A stretch of 48,315 nucleotides of DNA from Octopus bimaculoides (lineage: Eukaryota), in contig NC_068983.1 in the NCBI RefSeq assembly GCF_001194135.2, positions 166,855,832 to 166,904,146 on the forward strand, written 5' to 3'. A program made the position numbers and the translations under genes. The notes below the pieces were generated by a model. It was not told where the DNA came from. It worked only from the letters and a program-made list of their open reading frames with translations, and ran no database searches. Below are positions 1-12,307 of this stretch, one piece after another (position 1 is the stretch's first letter; every line of letters starts with the position of its first letter).

Positions 1-83
1 GAAGGTTTGTCTTAATTTTAAAAAAGTGTTTTTTCATGGTAAACCCCTCAAATACACACACACACATACATATATATAGATTT

Positions 84-119
<36 letters not shown>

Positions 120-394
120 ATGTAATTCACAGATTATTATAATTATTATTAATCAGTGAATCTGTTATGATAATGCAGATTTTAGTAGAAAATCATAATA
201 TTCATTTGACCAGTTTGTGTTCCAGACAGATTTAAAGGGAGAGAAAGAGAAAGAGGGTTTTTTTAAAAATGCGTTTCACATTATTGACTATAAATCAAAC
301 AATCAACAAGATTCGTTAACTTAAAAAAAAAAGGGGTTTTATGAACAGACATATTAACAGGTAATTAATTTGGCATGACAATTTAGTAGTCATT

Positions 395-635
395 TTGTCT
401 TTTACTTGTTTCAGTTATTAGACTGTGGCCATGCTGGGGCACCTCATTAGAGAGTGCTTTATTCTTTTGATGCCTAGTACTAATTCTATCAGTTTCTTTT
501 GCCGAGCTGCTATGTTACAGGGACATAAACACACCAACACCGGTTGTCAAGCAATGGTGCAAGATAAATACGACAGGCTTCTTTCAGTTTCTGTTGACCA
601 AATCCACTGACAAGGGTTAGGGTTGCCCAAGGAAG
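395..635 (-). mobile_element. tRNA-derived SINE family A, 3' half
   Basis: Reverse complement of the ...ccagcatggccacagtc..tgactgaaacaagtaaaag tail seen at 1335-1640, 8718-9075 and 23160-23525. Confidence 0.8.
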
Positions 636-864
636 CCAGTCTGTTATAGGGTTGTGTATAACTCAGCTGAGTGGAGTGTTTTGCTCAAGAATACAACATA
701 CTCCTTCATCCTGAGTGCAACACTCTCACCCCTATGCTACATGCCATCACTCATACATAAATTGTGGGGATGTGGGGGAGAAAAGAATTTCGATTCAACA
801 AAAGAAGACAATTTCACCCTGCAACACTCGGATTTTTCTTTTGGGTGTGATGATGCTGCACAGA

Positions 865-1035
865 TTCACATTGTTTTGAATTAGTCATGCATTATCTTGG
901 TAGCTTTGAGATTTTGATGGTAGGATTGCTTAGTTTTAGAATGACATTGTAGGTTAGGTGTGAGAGGCCAGATCTGGCTGGTTTCAACATAAAACAGGGA
1001 GAATATTTGGGCCAGTTTAAATGCTAAAAGGTTAA
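865..1035 (-). mobile_element. TTAA/CCCTT-ended MITE (piggyBac-like), partial
   Basis: Ends in gctaaaaggttaa; body matches copies at 10935-11095 and 19610-19834. Confidence 0.7.
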
Positions 1036-1334
1036 GGGGCATACTGTCTCTAAAATGAGAATTGAAAAGGCACAGGGTTGATACATGAAGTGTGGTGGTG
1101 ATGAGGGAGGGGGGATGAGAGAGGAAAACCAACAACAACAACAACAAAAGTCCATCTGAATTGTTTTAAATGAAAGAATTGAGAGTTTCAGGAAAGAAGA
1201 TGATGTTCCGAGGATCGTTAGCAGCTTCATCCATAAAGACGGGTTACTAATTTTGCCCTCAGTTTGGGTTAAAGGGATACAACCAACTAAATTATTAGGG
1301 AACCAGTAAAATATTTTAAAACTTTAAAAAGTTT

Positions 1335-1640
1335 CCTTCCCACTCACATGGTTCTGGTTTCAATCCCCTGCATGGCACAGAATCTTCTACTCTAGCATTG
1401 GGCCGACCAAAACTTGTGAGTGGATCTGGAAGATGGAAACTGAAAGAAGCCCATTGCATATATATGTGTGTGTGCTTATGTCCCCATAACTGAGCAGTTT
1501 TGCAAAAGAGATTGATAGAATAAGTACTAGGCTTAAAAAAAAAAAAAAGTCTTAGGGTCAATTAGTTCAAGTAAAATTCTTCAAAGCAGTGCTCCAGCAT
1601 GGCTGTAGTCTGATGACTGAAACAAGTAAAAGATCAAAAT
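1335..1640 (+). mobile_element. SINE family A
   Basis: Head ttcccactcacatggttctggtttcaatccc, middle gtgagtggatctggaagatggaaactgaaagaagccc, tail ccagcatggc...tgactgaaacaagtaaaag. Confidence 0.85.
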
Positions 1641-2549
1641 ATTCCAAGATGAGCTTGGAAAAGCATCAGAGAGAAAAAGAAGAAAAAACCATTCCAATGT
1701 GTCTTTCTTTGAATCATTAAACAAACACCAAAGTCTTCAACGACTTCAAGGAAATCGTTACCTTAATTGGGAGTGGGGGGAAGGGGGGGAGTACTAATCT
1801 TTGCTTTTAGATGTTGATTGAACAAGTTGAGTAACGGTAAAATGAATGATGTCTAGGAAATACAAAACAAAAACCCCTGAACCCATTAGATGCGATTTAG
1901 ACAAAAGAGATTAACAGTGAAATGAATGCGAAAGGAACAGAAACCGAATGAATAAAGCAGCAGATAATGAAGGGGACAAGAAACACAGACTGTATTGTTT
2001 CAATTGGCCATGAATACCGTAGAAGGGTCGAAGATGAAATACCAGTAATATCTCGGTTCATTAGTCATGTTTATATATATATATATATATATATATGGGC
2101 TTGTGTGTATATAAATATGTGTATGTATACATTCACTTTGTTCATTTTTCTATGACAACATAGAAAATGGATGTTAATATGAGGATTACATGTGGGTGTG
2201 TGGGTACGCAAACACATATTTAGCGAAGATTAAATTGCTGAGCTTTACAACATTTAAAAACGCTTTAGGATTATAGGATTATAGGATTATAGTCAAGAAA
2301 AGATAGATAATAATAGAACAAACCTTTTAAACCATCATAACTAAATGATGCCCCCCCCCCCACCTTCTTGGAAACAAAAATCAATATTTGGAACTAAACA
2401 CTGCTAGCAGTTGAACTCAATCAACAGATATGCCATTTTAATTGTAATTAGCTGTTTGGACTAGAAAACAAATGTCTCTCATAGCAAAGGAACAGCATTT
2501 TGTCAGAGATGTCTTTCAAGGTTCTAGCCAAGGCCAAGTTATCTAAATT

Positions 2550-2599
2550 TTCTCGGCAACACAACTATAAAATGCAAACACAAAAGTCTATATTTTATT
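2550..2599 (-). terminator. Candidate polyadenylation site
   Basis: Minus strand AATAAA at 2599-2594, a CA 21 nt downstream (2574-2573), then a U/GU-rich element ttttatagttgtgttg. Confidence 0.55.
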
Positions 2600-3847
2600 T
2601 CGCAAACTGAAGGCATGAAATCCATGCAACAAAAACAGATGAAAAAAATTTAAATAAAAAGAGAAGAAAGAAAGAAGCAAACAAGATAAAATGCCTTCTC
2701 ACTACTGTCGCAACTCAAACTCAAAGATCTAATTTTACTTTGTCAAAACTTTCCAAAGAAAACAGCATGCAAAAAAAAAAAAAAAAAAAAAAGGGAAAAA
2801 GAAAAAAAAGAAGGGGCATCAGATGTTTGTTTCTTTGAATTTGGCTAAAAAAGGTGATTTGTTTTGTGGGTGGTTCATGGTTGGATGGGTGGGTGGAAGA
2901 TTAACAAGATTGAAGATTTTCTTTGGTGTCAGTTTGTGTGAATGTAATTATGTCGAATCAACATTGATGGAAGAAGGATGAAAGCTGATGGCTGTGGTGG
3001 CTGGGAAGAAGAAGGTACCATCTCATCCACTCATTCTTTTCCATTCAACAATTCGTGAAATACTGTTCAGGCTGCAATACCAGAGATCTGACGACATTTC
3101 AGGGTTGTGTGTGTGTGTATTAGTAATAAATGCATCCATGTACCAAAAAAACAACAACAACAAAAAGACAGTCAACACACACACACTCTCCACTAAACAT
3201 GTCTACCTATATAGAAAATTTACCAATATTTCTGCAGCTGGAACAAAACTGTTCTGTAATAATACGATAAGACAAGAAGTAATTTGAAAGTAAAACTTAA
3301 GAATGGAGATAGGGGAATAAAAAGATGGCCCAGAAGTGGGGTGGGGGTGAGGGACAAACACAGCAAACTTTTAAGCCAAATATTAAAAAAACAAAGAAAA
3401 AATCATTGTTGTTGCAATGAAAAACTGATCTACTAATGACCTAACTACATTAGCAAGAAGAAGAATATGGAGGAGAGAGAGAGAGAGGGGAGAGAGAGAG
3501 AGAGCTTAAGACTGAAGTGTCAGGAGAGCAAAAGCTCATTAAAAAAATGAGGGTTGTTTAGGGAAGTTAATGCAAAAAAAGAATGCGAGTGGGTAACAGG
3601 CAAAACAAAAGGGACACGGTGTGTGTGTGTGTGTGTGTGTGATAGTAAACAGTGAGAATGAGGACTCAACACCACATTTGGGGGACAAATACTTTCATTA
3701 TTTGTGTATTTTGTCATAATCTTAGCTTCCATGCATTGGAATTTTCAATGTGCATTATTTTATATGTGGAGCATTTGAAAACTGCAAATTCCAAGGCATA
3801 ATATTGCATAATATCTAAGATTATAGACCAGATTCATAAATAAACAA

Positions 3848-3887
3848 TATATGCATATATATATGTGTGTATATATATATATATATG

Positions 3888-3928
<41 letters not shown>

Positions 3929-3990
3929 ATATATATATATGTATATATGCATACATACATTATATAAATCATTCACACACACACACACAT
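3848..3990. repeat. Compound (TA)n/(CA)n microsatellite
   Basis: Directly visible. Other (TA)n tracts at 68-117, 25545-25594, 26580-26662, 30148-30221, 33860-33895 and 35219-35251. Confidence 0.95.
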
Positions 3991-4330
3991 ATATTTATGT
4001 GATTGCTTGTGTGCTGTCTTATTGTTGTACAAACTTTCAATCCCTTTTCATCCACTTGTGAGAAGTTACTAGCCAAGCAGATTGGGTGAAACTGTTCGGG
4101 GGGTGTGTGTGTGTATACACGTGAGGATATAAGTTAAATAAGGCAGATACAATTATAAAGAACAAAAGAAAAACAATGAGAACCATTTATATGCAGTGGC
4201 CTCCATTTTGATATGGCTATGATGGGTACCAAAAATAAATTCAGAGTACACAGGGGACATTGACCAGTTGAGTTTTCATAGGAGGGACCTTGTTAAGGCA
4301 AATGGAGTATTTCTCTCTAGACATGTATAT

Positions 4331-4370
<40 letters not shown>

Positions 4371-6244
4371 TTAATGGCTGTAAAATAAAAATTGTCAGTC
4401 AGTCAGTGGACAGTAACAAGTGAATCGTAATCATGGGCTGATTCCATTCCCATCTGTATCTGACCATTTTGTTTTCTCGTTGCTTTTGTTTCTGAGTATG
4501 AACTCACATAACACACACATATATATCTACGCATACTTATCTACTCACAGTGTCAATCCAAACATAAACTCATAGTGGAATTAAATAAACACATGGCCAA
4601 TATATATCTACACACACACACACATGCATACAATAATGAAAGTATTTTTTTTTAACGAAAAAATGAAATAAAAAATGAGGACAAAAATTAAGAAATCCAA
4701 CTTATTTGACTTTTTGTGCAAAAACTTCAAAGAGAAAAACTGTTTTTTGTTTTTTTCTCAGCGTTGTGGCACTCGGGGTGGGTTGAACTGGTCAAAGTTA
4801 GGGAGTGAAATGTGTGGTGAGATGTGTAATGAATGCAGCAGCATCACACACGCACATGCACAGAGGTTTTCAGCTGCAAGAGGATACGAGAGTAACACGA
4901 TTTTTGGAGTTATTCCATGGAAATAAAAAAAAAGAAGACAAACTTGAATTGAGAATATAAAATATTCAAGTCTCAAAATTTGACTGTTTGATAATAATAA
5001 TTTCCAATTTTAATACAAATTCTGCTTAATTTTGTGTGTGTGTGTAATATACAACTGTTTTCCTTGTGCACAGAAAATGTATTAATACGTATGAAAATTA
5101 TCAATCTATCTAATTTATACACACACATTATATATATACACACATGTAAAATAATGAATGAAATGAAACATAAAGAATGCTAACAAAGCAATGCTTAAAA
5201 AAGCCCCTTTATATTTCAGGTGTGAAGGCCAATCTCCAGAAGAATACAGTCAAAGGAATGTGTATTTCCAGAGATGCTTCCATGACTGAACACATTTCTT
5301 TGACTCCATTCTTCTCAAGATAAGTTTTTGTGCCTCAACATAGAATTATTTGCATTGTTAAGGAACTTTCTAGGTTTCTCTTTGCATTCATTTTCTCCTT
5401 CCGTACAACAATGTTTCAAACAAAACTACAATGTTCTGCTTATACACACACACACACACCACTCCTTTAATTTCTGCATTTTGTTTTGGCAAAAGGCAGA
5501 CACGTTGCAATCTGGATATTCCCAAGAGTTTCTTCAGCAGCATTCAATTCGCAGTATGTTCACTCATCATACTGAAAGTGGAGGGATTCGGTTTTTAATG
5601 ACAGCAGCTCACAAAGTTAATTAATTAAAGTACTTAATTAGTTACTTAATTACTCTGGCTGGCTGATCACTTTTAAGACAAAGTAATACAAAGACAGGAG
5701 TAATTTTTTGGCAGAACTGGTTATTCAAGAATAATGAATGATGGTGAATATGGTGGGCTGCCATCACTCAATGACATCAGCCTTAATGCTTTTTTGTTAC
5801 TTTTTGCTTCAGAACTTTCATCAATTTCATTTAAAAAAAAACACTAATAAATAAATAAAATATAATATGAAAGAAAAATAAAAAGTAAAAAAAAAACTCT
5901 AAAAATGACACTTTCAAAGCCAACCTTTCTTAATGAATTAAAAAAAAAAGAGAGAACCAATAGGGTTAGGGTTAGTAGTTTGTTTGAATGAAGAGGTGTT
6001 TGTTGTTTTTGGCTGTAGTTTGTTATATTTTATGACAGCCATGTTGTGAATAAAACTCCCAAAGTCAATAACTACATTGATAAGATAGCAGACAATATGT
6101 TCAAACGTCAGCTTTCCATGTCCTCCTACATGATGTTCTATGTGTGGTCAAGACATTCAGCTTTCAAATGGTCAGTTTTTCGACCAGTTGTCAAAGTAGT
6201 CAGATTCACAATTGGAACCACAGCAAAACTAAAATTGCTGAGGA

Positions 6245-6815
6245 ATTTCTTCTGGTCACAAAATCAAATTCCTCTGTTAACCTTCCTGCAATTCCACTGC
6301 ACTTCTTGGCACTGGCTACATTATCAGGAATTCCTACCGACACCTTTCCAAAATATTTACATGATGAAAGTCTTTCCTGCTTAATACAATTCTAGTCTTT
6401 ACTTGCAAGTTTTTCTTCCACGCCTGTTATTTTGCTTCCAATATAAGAAAGAGGTTATCAGTACACAACAGTTCCAAAGGCTGTCAGTTTTAAATTCCTC
6501 AATTATGGCTTGGAGGACTCTGAGGAAGAGCAAGGGACTGAATGCTGAGGCCAGGTGAAACCCTACTTCTTCACTAAATTCATTGCTGTATTCATAGCTA
6601 ACCCTCACTTCACTGACAGCACACCTTAATATGGTTTGTCTGGTGCTCACAAGCAATTTTTCTACTCCAAGCATCCTCACAGACCACCAAATCACAGAAC
6701 AAGGAACTCTGTCAAAAGCTTTCTCCAGGTTTACTTCTACAGTTGTCCTACTAAGAAAATGGCATCTACAGTAATTCTCCCTGGCACAAAACCAAACTGC
6801 ATCTCATTGTTTCTT
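6245..6815 (-). mobile_element. Decayed RTE-clade LINE reverse transcriptase fragment
   Basis: Minus-strand frames give NEMQFGFVPGRITVDAIFLV, NLEKAFDRVPCSVIWWSVRMLGV, SPLLFLRVLQAIIEEFKT, WELLCTDNL (decayed YADD) and KKCSGIAGRLTEEFDFV, with stops and frameshifts. Confidence 0.88.
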
Positions 6816-8227
6816 CCTAATTAAATGAGCAAGAACTCTTTCTAAATTTGGTGAAAAGAAAAAAAAGATTCTTAATACCATGGATGAACAATCCAATCTA
6901 ATTGACTCCATTTGTTGGATAATCCAGGCTAATCTCATCTATGTAAACATTCTCAATTACAGCATTAACTTACCTAGACATTATTTACACACACACACAA
7001 TTATTGATTCATATTCTTCAAATGTTGACAGGATTACTTCCAAGATTAGAAAAATTACTAGAACAAATTAGAATGTGAAGAGTTTTCCGTTCTGTTCCCA
7101 GTATCCATGACAGCGGTGGTGGGTCAAGAATATAATTTTTTTCTTTAGTACAAAACATTTGACTTTTGTTCTTCAAGTTTTGAGGGGTTTGGGGTCTTTT
7201 GTTGTTTTTTTTTTTATCAGTTAAACTCACCATCATGTTTTACAGTTGAGTATCATTTCTAGAGAGAGAGAGTGTGTGTGTTTGTGTTGTGCGTATTTGA
7301 GCATGTACACACGTTGCACATGCTTACAGAATGTTAGAAGGAGGCAAGACGGTGTGAAACTTTTTCTGAGCAGTCTAGCCCAGCCCCTTATCAAGGTAGG
7401 GTCACAATTTGGTAAATAATTGTAAATCAAANNNNNNNNNNNNNNNNNNNNNNNNNNNNNNNNNNNNNNNNNNNNNNNNNNNNNNNNNNNNNNNNNNNNN
7501 NNNNNNNNNNNNNNNNNNNNNNNNNNNNNNNNNNNNNNNNNNNNNNNNNNNNNNNNNNNNNNNNNNNNNNNNNNNNNNNNNNNNNNNNNNNNNNNNNNNN
7601 NNNNNNNNNNNNNNNNNNNNNNNNNNNNNNNNNNNNNNNNNNNNNNNNNNNNNNNNNNNNNNNNNNNNNNNNNNNAATAAAAATAATAAAAATAATAGTA
7701 ATAACAACAACATTGATGTAATGATTACGACACAAGACTTTTTTAAAAAATTGTTTTAAATGGTTATTTCAGTTTCATATTTTAGTCTTGTATCTTGTTC
7801 TTTTCCAAGAATTATCAATTTTTTTAAAAGACAAATGTGATAAAAATATAGAAATAAATAAAAAAAAATCAACTTCCTACAAAAAAAAAAAAGAGAAAAG
7901 TTTCCACCAAATTTTACAGACAGCTTTGATCGACAAGTATTACATTCCTATTCTGGGCTAGCAGACTGTTTATACAGGCACTGGAGTTGTGTTTAGTGTT
8001 GAGTGTACACAGGAGACACATGATCCCATGAGGCACCCATCAGGAACTGTGTACAAGTGGCATTGATGTATTTCACCTCCAACTCCTCATGGTTGGTTTG
8101 GAAAAAAAAAAAATTAAACAAACCAGGAAACAAACGGTAGAAGATTGTTGTGACACGCATGTGTGTACGTGTGTGCGCGTGTGTGTGTGTGTGTGTGCGT
8201 GTGTGCTGATGACACGAGACATGACAT

Positions 8228-8341
8228 TCATTCCTTGACCAGCCGGTATATGTGGTGTTGGTCCCCGTGTTCACTGGTGGACACTTCAAATACATACGCA
8301 ATGCACACCAAAGTTTCTTGAGTCTCTCGGTTGGTTACTAC
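8228..8341 (-). CDS. TEAD: TEAD last coding exon with TGA stop
   Basis: Acceptor ttctttctctcgtctgcag|gta. Encodes [37 protein letters not shown], the canonical TEAD C-terminus. Confidence 0.98.
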   Translation of the reverse strand, partial: VVTNRETQETLVCIAYVFEVSTSEHGDQHHIYRLVKE

Positions 8342-11300
8342 CTGCAGACGAGAGAAAGAAAAATAATGAAGTGAGGAAAAACAATGGTTTGGGAATGGCA
8401 AATAGATATGCTTTTCTACTGTAGGCACAAGGCACAAAATTTTTGAGGAGGGGGAGCCAGTTGATTAGATCGACTCCCAGTACACAACTGGTACCTAATT
8501 TATCGAGCCCGGAAAGGATGAAAGGCAAAGTCGACATTGGTGGAATTTGAACTCAGAACGTAGCGGCAGACGAAATACCGCTAAGCATTTTGTCCGGCGT
8601 GCTAACACGTTTCTGCCAACTTGCTGATTGTAGAATTGGAAGAACTCAAGAAATCCAACAAGCTGCTTATTTAATTCAAACATTTGATGTTTTATAATCA
8701 GAGATTTATAATTGTAAGGTAGGGATGGCTGTCAGGGTAAGAAGCTTGCTTGATAACCATGTGGCTTTGGGTTCAGTCCCACTGCATGACGCCTTGAACA
8801 GGTGTCTTCTTCTATAGCCCCAGACTGACCAATGCCTGGCGAGTGGATTTAGTTGATGGAAACACTGTATGTGTGCGCATCATTGTTTGCCTTCACCACT
8901 GCCTGATCACTGGTGTTAGTTTGTTTACATCCCTGTAAGTTAGCGGTTTGGTAAAAGAGACCGACAGAATAAGTACCAGACTTAATTACTGGGGTTGGTT
9001 TGTGTGACTAAATCCTTGAAGGCAGTGCTCCAGCATGGCCACAGTCCTATGAGTGAAACAAATAAATGGTAAAAGCCAAACTCTGCAGGAATCGGCAACG
9101 AGCCTTTTGTGTGGAATGGAAACGGTCTAAGAAATGTCCAACGTAGAAAAAGAAGAGATTAAAACTGACAAGTCATGAAAAAGTAGGACACAAGGAACCA
9201 AGTGGACAACACAATTGCTCATATGGCCCTTTGTTAGTCTGGTCATTGTGGTGTGGATCCATCAGTTCCAACCTGCTCCAATTGACCCCAGTAATGACAA
9301 TTTTCCAGTTCACAATTAATGATTCTTGGTAGAAAAAGGTCAAGAAGTTGATAAAGCATTGTTGCATAAAGATAACAGACATCAAGCAGGAGAAAAGGAA
9401 TATTTATTTAGGTGTGAGGTGAGCGTGTGTGTACGTACCCTTGTCTTGACATCACAAGACACTTATAAAAGAGTTGCAGTATACAAGAGATTCTGTTTGT
9501 TTCCAGTCTTTTGCAAAAGAGGACATACCACAAAGGCTTAGCAGGTAATGTCAGACCAAATAACAAACTGGTCTGTAATACAGGCTGTAGCAGAAAAACC
9601 TTCCATGTTTTACATAGTCATTAGTGTGGCTCTAGTCAAGTTAGACAGGTGCGTAATAAAGTCTTCATGTGGCTAAAGTTTTACCATTTTTCTAACTTTC
9701 CATCATGATTTGGATCAGTGAACAACAAGTGTTTGCTAACCTTTAAAAGGTGAAACGTTTTTTGCCACACTCTGCCCGATATCCTAACCTTCTTCTCAAT
9801 AAATATCAAAAGAAGTCTTCAGTTCTTACTCTCCCACATGAAATACTTACTTGCAATATGGTAAAGTTCTCTAAAACACTGTTCATCATGTATTTTTCAG
9901 GTAGATGTTTCAGTTTATGGATGAAGTTGATCATATATTCACACATTGGTGAACGAGTGATGCGGTACACACATTTACCACCTTCGTATCGAGGAAATTC
10001 CGTCTAAAATAGAAAGAAAAGACTCATACAGAATTCTATCAAACAACATTTATAATATGCATAAATTTTCAATGGCAAATATTTTCTGATTAATAAACTA
10101 TTAAATTGATATAATAATAAAGGCTAAATTTCAATGTATTTTCCAGTCAATTTTATTCACTTTGAGATTTAAGTGACAACAAAGAATGAAATACATTTTA
10201 ATAGCCTTGAAACTTCCAATCTACTTTGAAGTCACCATTCATGGTTTAATGCTTTCAAGAGAATAAGCAGAATCCTTGGCACATCCAGTGAAACTCTTAA
10301 CAGCATTTCTTGCAGCTGCTTGCATTTTGAGTTCAAATTCTGATGAAGTCAAAAGTTGCCTTTTGTCCTTTCTGGGTCGATAAAAGAAGTATCAGTTGAG
10401 CCCTGGGGTCAATTGACTTAACCCTCCCCTAAAAATTGCTGGCCTGGTGCCAAAATTAGAACTTATAATTATCTTTTTGGATGCCAACCCACATGAGACC
10501 ACCCCTATGGGTTATGGTACAAACTTACTGATTTAAAGTAATCTGAATAAACCTTTTCTGTGTCAAAACTTTTATGCTCCAAACACCAGCTTAGAAACAA
10601 CAAAACAATCATTTTTTACTGAATTCATTATTTTTAGACTGAAATGAAGGCAGAGTAATTCATGAGAAATATTCTCACAAAAAGGGTTCAACTGACATAA
10701 AACCAGAAACAATCTTTAAAGTGTGTGGTGGGGTTTACAATCGATTGAATCAACTTCTGTACACATCTGGCACCAATCTGATGTAGACAAACAAAAGGCG
10801 AAGGTGAAGCCAGTCGCATTTAAACTCAGAATGGATAAATAAAAGTTAATACTACCAGACATTCAGCGGAACCATTTCCTAGAACTTAATCCTTTCTCAT
10901 TCGGATTATTGGATCAAATGTGATGCTTATTCATTCACATTGTTTAAGAATTAATTTTGCATTATCTCATAACTTTGAGGGTTCAATGATGTGATTGTTT
11001 ATTCTTAGAATGACATTGCCTGATAGGCATGAGAGGCTGGATCTGGCCAATTTAAACATCAAACAGGTAGAATATTTGGGCCCAGGATGGGTTAAATGTG
11101 ATGAAGACAAATGAACATTTCGATATTTTATTTCAATGGTTTTGAAGAATGAAAAGAAATGTTGATTGGAAACTGGTTGGAACTCTGGACAACAAACAAC
11201 GCTAAAATTCAATGTCAGCAGCTTGAACATTTTCTGAAAACTCACCAGAGTTTTTTTTTCCAAAGTTATTCTACTAAATTCTTCAATATTTTAGAAATCA

Positions 11301-12258
11301 ATTGAAACAAAAGGATTAAAGAGATCCAAATTAAATCTTTCCATCAAAATTTCATGTTAATGCTCCAAACGCCGGCTTAATAAAAACCATGCTATTTTAC
11401 CANNNNNNNNNNNNNNNNNNNNNNNNNNNNNNNNNNNNNNNNNNNNNNNNNNNNNNNNNNNNNNNNNNNNNNNNNNNNNNNNNNNNNNNNNNNNNNNNNN
11501 NNNNNNNNNNNNNNNNNNNNNNNNNNNNNNNNNNNNNNNNNNNNNNNNNNNNNNNNNNNNNNNNNNNNNNNNNNNNNNNNNNNNNNNNNNNNNNNNNNNN
11601 NNNNNNNNNNNNNNNNNNNNNNNNNNNNNNNNNNNNNNNNNNNNNNNNNNNNNNNNNNNNNNNNNNNNNNNNNNNNNNNNNNNNNNNNNNNNNNNNNNNN
11701 NNNNNNNNNNNNNNNNNNNNNNNNNNNNNNNNNNNNNNNNNNNNNNNNNNNNNNNNNNNNNNNNNNNNNNNNNNNNNNNNNNNNNNNNNNNNNNNNNNNN
11801 NNNNNNNNNNNNNNNNNNNNNNNNNNNNNNNNNNNNNNNNNNNNNNNNNNNNNNNNNNNNNNNNNNNNNNNNNNNNNNNNNNNNNNNNNNNNNNNNNNNN
11901 NNNNNNNNNNNNNNNNNNNNNNNNNNNNNNNNNNNNNNNNNNNNNNNNNNNNNNNNNNNNNNNNNNNNNNNNNNNNNNNNNNNNNNNNNNNNNNNNNNNN
12001 NNNNNNNNNNNNNNNNNNNNNNNNNNNNNNNNNNNNNNNNNNNNNNNNNNNNNNNNNNNNNNNNNNNNNNNNNNNNNNNNNNNNNNNNNNNNNNNNNNNN
12101 NNNNNNNNNNNNNNNNNNNNNNNNNNNNNNNNNNNNNNNNNNNNNNNNNNNNNNNNNNNNNNNNNNNNNNNNNNNNNNNNNNNNNNNNNNGTAGTGGGAC
12201 TGAACCTAAAACCATGTGGTTGGGAAGTAAATGTCTTACCACACAGCCATAGCGGTGC

Positions 12259-12307
<49 letters not shown>

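Larger units (their letters stand above)
2573..8227 (-). other. TEAD: Candidate long 3'UTR of TEAD (about 5.65 kb)
   Basis: Manual scan found no minus-strand AATAAA between the stop codon and 2599 (a 244-N gap is unreadable). The region is U-rich on the minus strand and lacks the SINEs that fill the introns. Confidence 0.5.

Noticed and set aside
1609-1630. ctgatga-ct-gaaa-caag-ta resembling a hammerhead core in a SINE tail
   Set aside because: No helix II, and other copies read caaatga/ttaatga/cctatga, so CTGATGA is a chance variant of one copy.
4761-4926. Plus-strand polypyrimidine-AG followed by a 54-codon frame (similar case at 5219)
   Set aside because: No recognisable homology, no donor or partner exons; lies in the candidate TEAD 3'UTR antisense.
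5963-5975. (TTAGGG)2 telomere-like motif (also near 614)
   Set aside because: Two units only; expected by chance. The site at 614 is a mutated SINE segment.
7402-7759. ORFs of 100-312 aa spanning N-runs (also 11389-12335, 21976-22254 and 36186-36957)
   Set aside because: Artefacts of translating assembly gaps.
8255-8257. Asp in HGDQHH where vertebrates have Ala
   Set aside because: The position varies (fly has GTTHH) and A-to-I editing could not restore Ala.
8718-8790. tRNA-like A/B-box sequences at many sites
   Set aside because: All are SINE heads; none forms a complete cloverleaf, so no tRNA genes are called.
9173-9385. Minus-strand 70-aa ORF in the last TEAD intron as a possible alternative terminal exon
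   Set aside because: No TEAD similarity, weak acceptor, and part resembles SINE sequence.
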